Of a stretch of 64,000 nt of DNA, positions 51,230 through 63,833 are shown in pieces. The notes beneath the pieces were generated by a model. It did no database searches. It had not been told where the DNA came from and worked only from the letters and a program-made list of their open reading frames with translations. Position 1 is the first letter of the stretch, and every line of letters starts with the position of its first letter. The DNA comes from Dendrobates tinctorius (lineage: Eukaryota): positions 6,634,001 to 6,698,000 of the forward strand of contig NW_027361682.1 of the NCBI RefSeq assembly GCF_039654945.1, given 5' to 3'. Position numbers and translations under genes: made by a program.

Positions 51230-51570
51230 TGCAGAAGCATTGTCACTCATCCACACTGTCAGTGGCGGTGTGCGTGTGCACTCAACTGTCAACCACTTAG
51301 TCATGTAAACACTGTTATCTGGTTACTTGTCTTGTTCTTATTTGTTATTCACATTTGTTCCTCATCTGTCTGGGCACGTTATTCATTCCATGATTAAGCC
51401 CTCTTAGGGTGAAACGCGTAGGAAATTGCTCCCCTCCATACGCCTCTTTATGTCGTTTTTACCTGATGGTATGAAGATTTTATATTCTCAATAAAGCAAT
51501 TATTATTTTATCTCCTGGAGACGCTGGAAAAATCCTTCTTTATGTTGTGCACGTTACTCACTTACACCAG
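51230..51570 (+). mobile_element. Penelope pLTR-like remnant with degenerate hammerhead
   Basis: TTCC-ATGATTAA-GCCCT CTT AGGGT-GAAA-CGCG-TA-GGAA at 51386-51424, then AATAAA. Confidence 0.5.
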
Positions 51571-51709
51571 GTGTGTTTCATCACCTGCATATTGTTTCAG
51601 CACTGTGTAACATTTTTAATCTTATTTTTTTTTTCTGTCCCCTACATATTAGTCTTTTTCACATTGTTCACTGCTCAAGTATCATATCTATCATATCCAC
51701 AGTCTCATT

Positions 51710-53870
51710 TAGAGATGAGCAAACCTCCCGATCAATCCCTATGTTCGCCCAGTGGTTCGCAATACATACCCCAAACCTATTGAATTCAATCAAATCAAAC
51801 GCATAGATAACACCTTCGGGGGGGCCAACAGCCAAATTAGAGTCAGACACCAGGAAAAGTGTCAATTGACCCAAAGTACAAATAGTATAATTGTGCAGCA
51901 TGGATGCATGGGATAGGGCTTGGACCAGAATTTCTAGCTGAAACATTGATCAGTAACAGGAGTGTGAGTGACAGGTGTGGTGCTGTGGGAGGCCTGCCAC
52001 ATTCAGGCAACACACATGATGGAGACCCATCTTGTATTCCATACATTTCCAAAAATGAAAATTGACCCACAGTAGAAATTTGATAATGGCACTGCACCAA
52101 TCATGGGCCATGTATGAGGTATCAGGGTCTGGGCCAGCATTTACAGCTTTGAATTTAAGTTTAAATTAAGATGAGGTGGGTGAGGGACCAGTCTAAGCCT
52201 GCTTTGCTGGGATCCCTGATACCTCATGCAACAGCTCAAACTGGATTTTTGCTCAGCCACACTTAGGTGCCACAAGCATCAGTTTCGTAGACTACTGTTG
52301 TTAGAAACATTTAAGGATAGTAACACAGGTTGTTGACTGAACGTAAATGCAGGCCGACTGGTCTCGGGGCTCTACTGCTTCAGGCAACTCACATGAAGGA
52401 GACCCAACTTGGAGTCCAAATATTTAAAAAAAATAGGGGCAGACACCACTAAAGTGGCATCAATTTCTCCAACCCACCAAATGGAGACCCTACTTGAAGT
52501 CTCCACATTTCCAAAAAATATTGTCACACACCACTAAAGTAGCATCAATTTCCCCAGAGTAAAAATAGTATAATGAGGTTCTGACACCCCTTCCACTACA
52601 GGCAACGCACCAGATGGAGACCCTACTTGGTGTCTCCACATTTCCAAAAATAGTTTCTAACATAAGCATCAGTAGCAGCAGTGGGCCACAACAAAGGTGT
52701 CACAAACTGCAATAAGGCTAGATTGATGCATGACACTGAATATGACACCATTGCCTAGTCTGACCAGTCTGCAGACAGTGCAGCAAGAAGGAACTTGTGT
52801 CACGTGCTTCCATTAAGTCCAAGTCCATGGTGTGTTGATGGTGGGGTAACAATTAAGCTGGCTTCTTATGTCCCCTCCCACCAACCACAGACAACAGAGA
52901 CAAGATCATTATCCTTTTCATCTCCTGACTGTTGCGCTCCCATCACCTCTTCCATCTCATTCTCTTCAATTTGTTCCACAGCTCCTGCACCTTTACTAAC
53001 AGTTTATCTGGTACCATGAGCCCCCCTCGATCACTGTAAGAAACCCTCCCATGGCACCCGCCTGTGCGACGACAGTCCGGAACTTCAAGGTATGGTTATC
53101 CCTTCTCCATCCTCCTCTGCTTCCAATTCTTCTACTAGGACCATCACCTCCTCCCGCAGACTATTCAAAGTGTACTCCAGCATGTAGATGACTGGAATAG
53201 TGATGCTGAGGATGGCATTATCAGCGTTAACCATCTAAGGCTGGTTTCACACTTGCGTTTTTTTGCGCAGCTTTTTAGCGCAAAAAAAGCATGCGATTTT
53301 TTCCCCTATACTTTAACATGGGTGCACATATGTGCGCATACATATGCACACGTACGCGTTTGTATGCACATGCGTTTTTTTTGCAGTATGCGCTCGGGCG
53401 CACAAAATGCATCCTGTTGCATTTTTTGTGCGTCCGACTTGCCCCCAAAAAACGCATGCGCACGCAATGCGTGTTTTTACAGCAAAACACCCATCAAAGT
53501 CTATGGGTGCGCATACGTGCGCATTGTAATGCGCACGTATGCGCAAAAAACGCATGAGTTTTTTTAAAAAATGCACCAAAAAACGCACACAAATGTATGA
53601 TGCGTTTTTTCATGCGTTTGTGTGCGCGAAAAATGCGCAGCAAAAAAACGCAAGTGTGAAAGTAGCCTTAGTAGCCATTTCGAAACTGTGCAGAAGAGTG
53701 CAGAGGTCCTTCTTCCGTGCCCATTTTGCAAGTGTGATTTGCACCACGTCTGTACTATGCTAGCCCAGAGTATGTAAAAGGACATACTGCACCAGGGCTC
53801 GGAGCTGCTGCCACAATCGCTGCAATATGTGAAGAGTGGAATACCACCACGTCGGCACATCGCATATCAA
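51710..53870 (-). mobile_element. hAT transposon remnant with transposase fragment
   Basis: TAGAGATGAGC terminus at 51710; minus translation LICDVPTWWYSTLHILQRL (TRWNST motif)...FEMATK|MVNADNAILSITIPVI, split by a MITE. Confidence 0.75.
53239..53667. mobile_element. PIF/Harbinger MITE with TIR identical to the element at 23527
   Basis: TAA|GGCTGGTTTCACACTTGCG...CGCAAGTGTGAAAGTAGCC|TTA. Confidence 0.9.
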
Positions 53871-54260
53871 ATGCGTTCAGTTCCTTCATTGTCACCCTTC
53901 CTCTGGTTCACTCCGGCTGATTATGTCTTTGCAGCTAATTTCTTCATTTTGATAGATCTGAATAAAAGTTTTGATTTTATCTAAGAATCTGGATCTTTTT
54001 TTCCAGAAGCATCAATCCAGCGTCTGGTAGAGACGCGACCCTGTGCTTCTTTGGAATTCATAAGGAACTGACCAAGGGTGAGCTGAATTACTTTTTTTTT
54101 CTCTGTCAGACTATACAGAGGTATATCATCTCTTTTTATATTTAGCAAGAGTCCTTCAGTTCAGCATCACAGATAAGGGGAAGAATGGTGATGATCAAAT
54201 CATCAATGCAAAGTGTGAGATCTGGTTTGGCTGGTTTGGATTGGAGAAACGATACTTTTT

Positions 54261-54813
54261 AGCTGGAGTCACACATAGAGACTTACCAGCGATTCCGACA
54301 ACGATATCAACGTGTCAGGATCGCTGGTGAGTCGCTACATGATCGCTGGTGTGCTGCCAAACAGACAGCTTCACCAGCGATCAGCACAGCGACGCCGAGC
54401 GCGCGGCGTCGCTGTGTTTGTTAGTTACCAGCGCGCTGATGTAGGGAGCTGGTAACTAACGTACACATCGGGTATCCAAGGGACGTGCGTCCCTTAGATA
54501 CCCGATGTGTACATTAGTTACCAGCTCCCTGCATCAGCGCGCTGGTAACTAACGTACACATCGGGTATCTAAGGGACGCCCGTCCCTTGGATACCCGATG
54601 TGTACGTTAGTTAACAGCTGATCGCTGGTCTCCCGCCTGTCACACGCAGCGATGCGTGCTGGCCAGCGGGAGATCAGCGACGAAAGAAATGTCCAGAGGT
54701 TTCTTGCAGCGATCAGCGATACCGGCAGGGGGGCCAGTCGCTGATTGCTGTCACACACAGCGATCTCGCTGGTGAGATCGCTGTTGTGTCACAAAACTTG
54801 TGTGACGGGGCCC
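54261..54813. mobile_element. PIF/Harbinger MITE (related to 50796-51167) with nested palindromes
   Basis: AGCTGGAGTCACAC...GTGTGACGGGGCCC; AGCGAT/ATCGCT repeats. Confidence 0.75.
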
Positions 54814-54963
54814 TTTGCATATCGGTCAGACACCTCTCACATAGCCAAACTAGATCTCACACTTTGCAGTAACGAGCGGCAGTACCCCAAAACACAGTGC
54901 TTTTATCCTAAGTCATGACAAGGCTCGTTAAAGGGTCGACACTGACTTTTAGGATTGCTACTT

Positions 54964-54978
54964 CCAGTAGGTGGCACT
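54964..54978 (+). promoter_or_regulatory. CTCF consensus motif
   Basis: CCAGTAGGTGGCACT matches CCASYAGRKGGCRS; motif only, binding unproven. Confidence 0.4.
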
Positions 54979-55183
54979 AGAGTTCTTGTCCTCTTCCTCT
55001 CTGAAGAGACAATTTGCATATTTCCCAGAGGAGCATTGCGGCTTTAAGTCTCCTCAGCTTCACATGTTAATCTCCGCAAGGAGAAACAACACTTCTTGGA
55101 TAGCCGCAGGTTCTGTATAATAGAGGAATATACTGTACCCATAAATATACTGTATCAATAAAGTGTGAAGCACAAGAAGCAAA

Positions 55184-56185
55184 TGTGGCGCCCCCAGGAG
55201 TATGGTCGCCACAGTGGCATTACCTTCCTCCTAGTAAGTGTGATGTCATGCTTGGAAGCAATAAAGAGTCTCTCTGTCAGGTAAATTCAACACACAGCAC
55301 GGTTCCCACTCCAGGCCAGCAGAGGGAGCTCTGAACCAAAACTGGGGGAGGAGCTGCTCTCGGGGAGACAGGAAGGGGAAGTTAGTCAGTTCGTGTGAGG
55401 AGGGCAAAGTGTGTGGATGGGAGAAGAACAGCTGGAGGATTGAGCAGAGTTCAGGCTCACTTCTAGCGTAGCGCATGGTCCGGAGTCCGGTCTCCGAGGT
55501 TGTATGGATACTGATGTTCCTGCAGCAGAAACCAGAGGAATAGGAAGCTGTAAATGCTCTGTTCCCACATAAGACGCGGAGGCACAACAGCAACGCGTGA
55601 GCCAGAAGAAGGAGGCTACAGCTGTCTGCCATACGAGGGGGTTCTAAAAGAGAGCAAGCAAGAGGAACTTCAGTGTAACTCAGTACTGCATGTACCTCAG
55701 ATAAGCGCTAGAAAGGAGACTACACAACCCATCTGCATAGAGAGATTCCTGAGTTGCTTCCAGGCTGGCCAACTCCTGTTCCATCTGTAATCTGGATCCT
55801 GGACTGCACTTGCAAAGCAAAGGTAAAGGAAACTGCACCCTGTTGTGTCACTGCCTTCTTCCTGCAACCTCTTCAGCACTGCTACATCTCTGTGCCTAAC
55901 ACTGCACCCTCTTCGTCAACACCTATTACTACTGCCCTAGGACTACAGCTCTACCTGTGGGGAGCTATTACATCTTGCTGCCTTATACCATCTGTCCCAG
56001 AGGATCTGCCTGCAGCGTCGGCTTAACGACGTCACGTATCATCCACTTATAGACTTTAATCAGCCACGCTTAACCCCTTTTACATGGACGCCCAGGGCCA
56101 CGGACGGGTCACCGTTACTGTGACACTTCCCTCTGAGATACCAGCCCGGTACCGAGTACCCCACTGCCCTGGCGGGCGATCAACA
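55184..56185 (+). mobile_element. Solo LTR
   Basis: TGTGGCG...GATCAACA; near-TSD GCAAA/ACAAA; homologous to 17898-19858. Confidence 0.8.
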
Positions 56186-56258
56186 ACAAAAGGTACTTAT
56201 ATGACCTTGAATATACGGCAAAAAAATCTGAAGTATAAATGGTAATCCAAAAGGGGAT

Positions 56259-56867
56259 TGTAGTACAGCGGTAGACACGATGTGCAGTGATGAGGCAGTG
56301 ACCCAGCAAAGTTCAAACAAAAGTCTTTTTAATGCTTACTCACAGCAACACACAGCACACAGTATCCTCCGGATCACAGCCGGGAAAACACAACAGTCCA
56401 TAAGTGCGTACAGTTACTGAGAGCGACTGCACCACCATATCACTCTGCGGGGTGCCAGGAGTTCGCTCTGCTGGCCTCTTTGATTCCTCACACAGATGGA
56501 GCTCTGCAAAAGCTTTCTGCTCTGCAGGTTACAACACTCTAAACTGACACACCCAAAACCCAATACTGCTGGGTTTAAACAGGAATCTGTGGCCATGGCC
56601 ACTTGTAAGACTTGGCACTGGAGTGGAGTGACCTGCCCCACTACCATCCTGTAGATCACTCCAAAAATAAAAGCCCATGCTGGGTTTTACTGAATAACGC
56701 CTTGACCAAATAACCTGACCAGATCCATGCTCACTTTTATCTCTGCCTTGTGACTCACAGGCGTCCTGCTGTGAACACAAGGCACTCCAGCAGGTCTAAT
56801 AGGACTCCCGCCCGCATCCTAGGGGACACATAGCGACCCTCATATATGACTCCCTCACTGCCTTACA
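56259..56867 (-). mobile_element. Solo LTR with 4-bp TSD
   Basis: GGAT|TGTAGT...CCTTACA|GGAT. Confidence 0.8.
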
Positions 56868-56958
56868 GGATATATTAGTTCACATATGATGTCAAAGGGA
56901 GCATGTGAAATCCACAAAGTATAGACAATTATAAATACAGACACATATCATGGGGATA

Positions 56959-57789
56959 TGTTGTGAGTTCATTTTCCCCTTCACCGTTGATGTCTGATGA
57001 ACTCCCTCTGCTGGTGAAGAGAGGTAGTGAAATTGATTGGGTTGGGAAGAACCTGTCATCTGAACAGGTGGAGCCTGATTGGACACCCGGAATCACTGAG
57101 TGGATATAAGGCAGCCGACACCCTACAGGGGTGCTGGTGATCCTTTCTGCTTTGAGCTCTTGCAAACCAGATCAGTACCTGTCTTCTGAAAGCTAAGTAT
57201 TTGCTCTCTTATTTTTCCATGAGATATTATCAGTTTACTTAGTGTTTGTGTTCTGCCTGCCCTTGTTGGTACAGGCTGAGCTCCATTTTTGTCTCTGGTC
57301 AAGTTGATCTTTTGCTCAGTCTTCAGAATATACCTGAGTGCTGATATAGTGTTTTTGAAGTCTAGTGACTTCAGGGCCTTTTTTCTATCAGACGTGTTGG
57401 ACATTATTTTGGCAGAATTTTTGCGGATTGCAGCCAGCATCTTTTCTGTCCTTTCCTATTTAGTTAGTTGGGCCCCATCGTTTGCTCTACCTGTCTTTCT
57501 GTCTGTGTTTATGTTTTCATCTGCTTTTCACCGACAATACATGTTGGGGGCTGTCTATTGTTGTGGGGTCTGCTCTGGGGCAGTTTAGATTTCCCCTTTC
57601 TTTCTTTAGGCTTATTTAGTTCTCTGGCTGTGAACGAGGGGTCTAGGGCACCGTAGGAACCCCCCACGGCTACTGTTAGTTGTGTGAATAGGATCAGGGG
57701 TCTGCAATCCGATAGCTACCAACCTCTCCGGTTTTCTGTACTTAGCTTGTATTTTTGTTTTTTCCTCCTTCGGTGACTCATTCATAACA
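56959..57789 (+). mobile_element. Solo LTR of the sushi-type Gypsy family
   Basis: GGGATA|TGTTGTGAG...CATAACA|GGGATA; homologous to 30381-31155. Confidence 0.9.
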
Positions 57790-57959
57790 GGGATATAAAG
57801 GTAAATGCTAGGCAAAGTGTTTTAGGGTATGTAACACCAAGGAAAGGATTCAAATTCAGGGTAGTAAATGCATACTAGTGTTGGAAACTTACTTCTCTAA
57901 CTGTATCTCGGTTTTCTGTTCTTTGTCAGTGCCTCATTATATTGAATGGATCCCTCGGG

Positions 57960-60900
57960 CATTTCATCTGAATCACATGACGTGTAGATGGAAACCACAA
58001 AGTAAGTGCTCAGCGTATAGCGCAGGATAAATATAATCCCAAATGTTATTCAAAATGTTCCCAACAAAAGTGTCAAATCAATCCACAAAATATCCCCACT
58101 CAGGTTCATTATCTGTTAAAGGAAATATAGGGGGCTTCCACGTTACTGGTAACACACAGGCTCTGGAAAAGCGATGACTCCTTGCCCCCCAAAAGAAATC
58201 CAGCGAATCCTGCGCAACCAAATCCAAATGCCCCCTCCCTTCTGAGCCCTACAGTGTGCATAAATCATAATTCACATCCATGTTTGTCATTTCTGTAGTG
58301 ATGAGAGCCTGCCTAATTTATAGGTGCATGTCTCCAGAAGCACAGCCTGGGCACAATGTACGGTCACTACAAAGTACTGGTGACTACAACGTACTGGGTA
58401 CTACAATGTATGGCTACTACACAGGCAGATTTGCAATTTTCACTCAGCTACATCCAATGCTGCTTGTTTTTGGAAAACACCCATGGAGTTAACATCATCA
58501 CTACACCTGTAGATAAATTCCTAGAGGTGTGCAGTTTTCTTGCTCTTCTAACACTTAGAGGCTCTGTATATGGAGCCCGGAAACTATTCTATGATAATAT
58601 ATGATAATAGAGTCAAAAAGCGCTCCTTCCCTTCCACATTTCGACATGTGGCTAAGCAACACTGTACTGTAAAGCCACATATGGAGTTATTGCCACGTTT
58701 AGTAGAAATTGTGTGACAAATGTTGGTGCCATTTTTACCCATTTCCCATTTCATTGTGTGACAATGTAAGATCTGAGGCTAAAACTAAATTTTTGTAGTA
58801 AAACTGTAATTATTTTTTTCTTCACCGCCCAATGGTGTAAGGTTCTTTGATACATCTGTGGTGTCATTGTCATCAATGCACCCCTAGATCAATTAATTGA
58901 GAGGAGTAGTTTGTAAAATGAGGTGACTTATGGGTTGGATTTACTGTTCTGGCACCACAGGGGTTTTGCCATATGTGACATGGCACCCTCAAATCATTCT
59001 AGCAAAATGTGCACTACAATATGGTGCTCCTTCCCTTCGGAGCTTTGCACTGTGCTTCTAAAGTAGTTTCCGACGACATATGAGGTATTGGCACAGCCAG
59101 GAGAAGTTGCATTACATATTTTGTGGTCCATTTTCTCCTATTATCCCTTTTGAAAATTGAAAACTTGAGGCCAAAGTAACATTTTAGTAGAAAAAATAGG
59201 AATTTTCCATTGTCTCAATGGAAATACAATTCTGTGAACCTCCCCTCTCCCTCTATCTGACCACCATCTACTCACTTTCTCATCCCTGTCCTCCTGGCAC
59301 CCATGTCCAGCAACATGCACACCCCCCGCAGAAACCTTGCACACCTAGACACCCACACGCTCTCTGACTCTATTCTACCACTGTCCTCTATATCTTCACT
59401 TCACGACACTGACACTAGTTTCTACAATGCCACTCTTGCATCAGCCATCGACCCGGCTGCCCCTGTCATGCACAACAGAGTGCGACGAATCAATAGACAG
59501 CCCTGGCTTCGGCAAACATCCAGAATTGCAGAGCGTCGCAGGAAGAAAACACATTCGCAAGATGGCTTCACTGCATTCAAACAAGCAACACTTGCATTCA
59601 AATCTTCCCTCACCTCTGCTAAACAGGCCTACTTTACATCCATTGTATCTTCCTTATCCCACAACCCCAAACAGTTGTCCAATACTTTTAACTCCCTTCT
59701 CCGCCCACCACTGCCCCCTCCGACTTCCCTAATCTCTGCCGAGGACTTTGCCACACACTTCAAAAACAAAATAGACCAAACACGGCAAGTCTTTATTACT
59801 CAACCACCACAACCCCTTTGCACACCAGACCAATGCCCAAACCCCATAACCTTCCTATCTAACATCACTGAAGGGGAGCTTGCTCATCTTCTCTCCAAAT
59901 CACACCTCACCACTTGTGCACTTGACCCTATCCCATCCCACCTCCTCCCCAACATCACCACCACTCTTATCCCATCCCTAACCCACCTATTCAACCTATC
60001 ACTAACTTCTGGTACCTTCTCTTCTGCTTTCAAACATGCCACAATGACGCTTATCCTTAAAAAAATCAACCCTCGACCCAACAGCCACGTCCAGGTATTG
60101 CCCAATATTGCTGCTCCAATTCGTTTCTAAACTCCTGGAGCAGCATGTTCATGCTGTACTTTCCTCCCACCTCTCATCTAACTTGCTCTTTGACAATCTA
60201 CAATCTGGTTCCTATCCTCATCGTTCCACTGAGACAGCCCTGGCCAAAATTACCAACAACCTACTTATACAGCCAAAACTAACGGACAATACTCTATACT
60301 CCTCCTTCTAGACCTGTACTCTGCTTTCGACACAGTTGACCACTACCGCACATTCAGCGTCTCCCACTCTCACACTACCTCTTCATCCCACCCTCTCTCT
60401 GTTGGAGTCCCCCAAGGCTCTGTTCTAGGACCCCTACTCTTCTCAATTTATACACTTGGCCTGGAGCAACTCATAAAGTCCCTTAGTACCACCTTTATGC
60501 CGATGATACTCAGATCTACCTCTCTGGCCCAGACATCACCTCTCTGCTGTCCAGAATCCCGAAGTGTCTATCAGCCATAACCTCCTTCTTCGCCTCTCGC
60601 TTCCTCAAACTCAATGTGGACAAATCTGAACTGATCATCTTTCCCCCATCTCACAGATCTTCCTTACCCGACCTATCTATAACAATTGACAACATCATGC
60701 TTTCCCCCGTACCAGAGGTCCGCTGCCTCGGAGTAACCTTTGACTCTGCCCTGTCCTTCAAACTGCACATCCAAACTCTCTCCACCTCCTGTCGCCTCCA
60801 GCTCAAAAATATTTCCGGAATCCATCCATTCCTCAACACTCAATCTACTAAAATGCTTGTGCATGCCATCATCATCTCCCGCCTCGACTATTGCAACATC

Positions 60901-62876
60901 CTTTTCTGTGGCTTCCCTGCTAACACCCTCGCACCTCTCCAGTCCATCCTTAACTCTGCCGCCCAACTAACTCATCTCTCTCCTCGCTACCTTTCAACTT
61001 CTCCCCTCTGCAAATCTCTTCATTGGCTCCCATTCCCTCAGCGTATCCAATTCAAATTACTAATACTGACCTACAAGGCCATCTATAACCTATCTCCTCC
61101 ATATATCTCTGAACTAATCTCCCAATATCTTCCCTCACGTAATCTCCGGTCCTCTCAAAGCCTCCTTCTCTCCTCAACAATTATTCGCTCCTCACCCAAC
61201 CGCCTCCAAGACTTCTCCCGAATATCCCCCATCCTCTGGAATTCTTTGCCCCAACACGTCTGACTATCAACCACATTCGGATCCTTCAAATGGAACCTGA
61301 AAACCCATCTCTTCAGGAAAGCTTACAGCCTGCAATGATCCCCGCTGCCTCCCCACCACTACTGGAGCTACCGCCTCACCATCACTGGAGATGCTGCAAC
61401 CCCCCAACCTACTCTCTCCTTCCCCACCATCCTCTAGAATGTAAGCCCGAAAGGGAAGGTTCCTCTCTCCCCTCTATATCAGTCTGTGATTGTTAGTTTC
61501 TTTACTGTAAGTGATATCTGTAATTTGTATGTAAATCCTTCTCATGTACAGCACCATGGAATCAATGGTGCTATATAAATAATAATAATAATTACTTGAG
61601 GGTTAAAATGCTCACTACACAGCTAGATGAATTCCTCAAGATGTGTAGTTTCCAAAATGGGGTCATTGGGGGAGTTTCTACTGTTTTGACAAGATAGGGT
61701 CATTCTCAATCTGTTCCAGACAAAATTGGAGTCATGGATTCAATTGACTCATTCCCTTCCGAGGTCTGCCGTGTGCCCAAACAGTAGTTTTACACCACAT
61801 ATGGGGTATTTGTGTACTCAGGATAAATTGCACCACAAATTATATGGTTAATTTTCTCCTGTTACCCTTGTAAAAACGAAAAATTTATGGCTAAAGCAAC
61901 ATTTTTGTGGAAAAAGTGTATTTTTTCATTTTCACAGCTCAACAACATAAAATTCTGTGAAGCAACTGTGGGATCAAGGTGGTCATCACACCTCTAGTTA
62001 AGTTCCCTGATGGGTTTAGTTTTCAAAATAGGGCCACTTATGGGTTTTTTTTCACAGTTTATGCACATCAGAGGTTGTGCAAACGCGACATGGCGTCTGC
62101 TAATTATTCCAACCGATTTTGCGTTTCAAAAGTCAATTGGTGCTCCTTCCCTTCCGAGCCCTGCCGTGTACCTAAGCAGTAGTTTTCCACCACATACCGG
62201 TATCAGCGTACTCAGTAGAAACTGCAAACAAATTTTAGGGTCCATTATCTCCAATTACACTTGTGAAAAAAAAAGTTGGGGCTAAAGTTAATTTTTTGTG
62301 AAAAAAGTTAAATGTTCATTTTTTCCTCCCTCATTTCAAAAATTCCTGTAAAGCACCTGAAGGGTTAATAATCTTCTTGAATGTAGTTTTGAGCACCTTG
62401 AGGGGTGCAGTTTTTAGAATGGTATCATTTTTGGGAATTTTTTGTCATATAGACCCCTCAAAGTCTCTTCAAATGTGCTGTGGTCCCTAAAAATAATGGT
62501 TTTGTAAATTTTGTTGGAAAAATAAATGAGAAATCGCTGGTCAACTTTTGACCCTTATAACTTCCTAACCGAAAAAAATTATGCTTTAAAAATTGTTCCG
62601 ATGTAAAGTAGACATGTGGGAAATGTTATTTCACTGTGTGTGACATATCTCCCTGGTTTAAGAGTATAAAAATTAAAAGTTTGAAAATTGCAAAAATTTT
62701 TATATTTTCACAAATAAACTCAAGTTACATTGAACAAATTTTACAACTATCAGGAAATACAATATGTCATAAGAAAACACTCTCAGAATCAGTGGGATCT
62801 GCTGAAGTGTTCCAGAGATATTACTTCATAAAATGGCCTGGTCAGAAAAGCGGAAAAAGGCTTGGGGGTAAAGGGG
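57960..62876. mobile_element. Large non-autonomous TTAA-type (piggyBac-like) element with diverged internal repeats, interrupted by L2
   Basis: Ends AAAGGGG|TTAA; recurring GCTCCTTCCCTTC...CCACATATGGGGTAT units; left boundary approximate. Confidence 0.55.
59240..61592 (+). mobile_element. L2-clade LINE, degenerate ORF2
   Basis: [65 protein letters not shown]; (TAA)n tail. Confidence 0.92.
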
Positions 62877-63069
62877 TTAATACATTTAGGACTTGTGTGA
62901 GAAAGTGATGGAGTTTTAGGTCAAATTAATGCAGAAATACGGAACATTCTAAGGAGTTCCCGACCTTTCAGGCCCCGCTGTATATTCTAGGGGTCAGAGA
63001 GCCCCCAACCTTCAGCCCATTAGGGTTTAGTCCTGTTCCCCCATCACACACTCCCTGCCCCCTCATTAC

Positions 63070-63205
63070 CTGTCACCAGCGCACTCTTCTCTTATATAGT
63101 GTCCCAACCTACACTTCCTGCAAAATGGAGACTGGCTCCTCCCCTCCATGTGACTGATCACATGACTCTGACATCATCACAGGTCCTGTGCGCACTGAAC
63201 AGTCA
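63070..63205 (-). promoter_or_regulatory. Putative non-coding first exon/promoter of ZNF paralog B
   Basis: Donor GACAG|GTAATG at 63070/63069; conserved with 9732-9850; ETS-like CAGGAAGT, YY1-like, E/M-box-like motifs. Confidence 0.6.
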
Positions 63206-63207
63206 TA

Positions 63208-63833
63208 CAGTGGGGAAAATGAGTATTTGAAATAAAAATACACACCGTTTTACAAATTTATTTAAAAATAACAAACACTATAACATACACTTGGCAGGAG
63301 TGGGGACAATAAGTATTTGATACACTGCCAATTTTGCAAGTTTCCCCACCTACAAAGAATGGAGAGAGAGGTGTGTAATTTTTATCGTAGGTACACAACA
63401 CTGTGAGAGATGGAATCTAAAAAAATCCAGAAAATCAAATTGTAAGATTCTTATATAATTAATTTGCATTTTATTGCATGAAATATGAATTTGATAAAAT
63501 AGAAAATCAGAGCTTAATATTTGGTACAGAAACCTTTGCAATTACAGAGGTCAGACCTTTCTTGTCTTTCAAGTTTGCACACACTGCAGCAGGGATTTTG
63601 GCCCACTCCTCCATACGGATCTTCTCCAGATCTTTCAGGTTTCGGGGCTGTCACTGGGCAACATTGAGTTTCAGCTCCCTCCAAAGATTTTCTATTGGGT
63701 TTAGGTCTGGAGTCTGGCTAGGCCACTCCTGGACCTTGAAATGCTTTTTACGGAGCCACTCCATAGTTGTCTTGGCTGTATGTTTCAGGTCACTCTCATG
63801 CTGCAAGACCCAGCCACGACCCATTGTCAAAGC
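63208..63833 (-). mobile_element. Tc1-like transposon fragment (same family as 11124-12366)
   Basis: TA|CAGTGGGGAAAATGAGTATTTGA; terminus partly repeated at ~63299; homologous to 11124-11600. Confidence 0.88.

Noticed and set aside
43885-63205. False duplication of unit A by the assembler
   Set aside because: Substantial divergence and many copy-specific insertions indicate true paralogs
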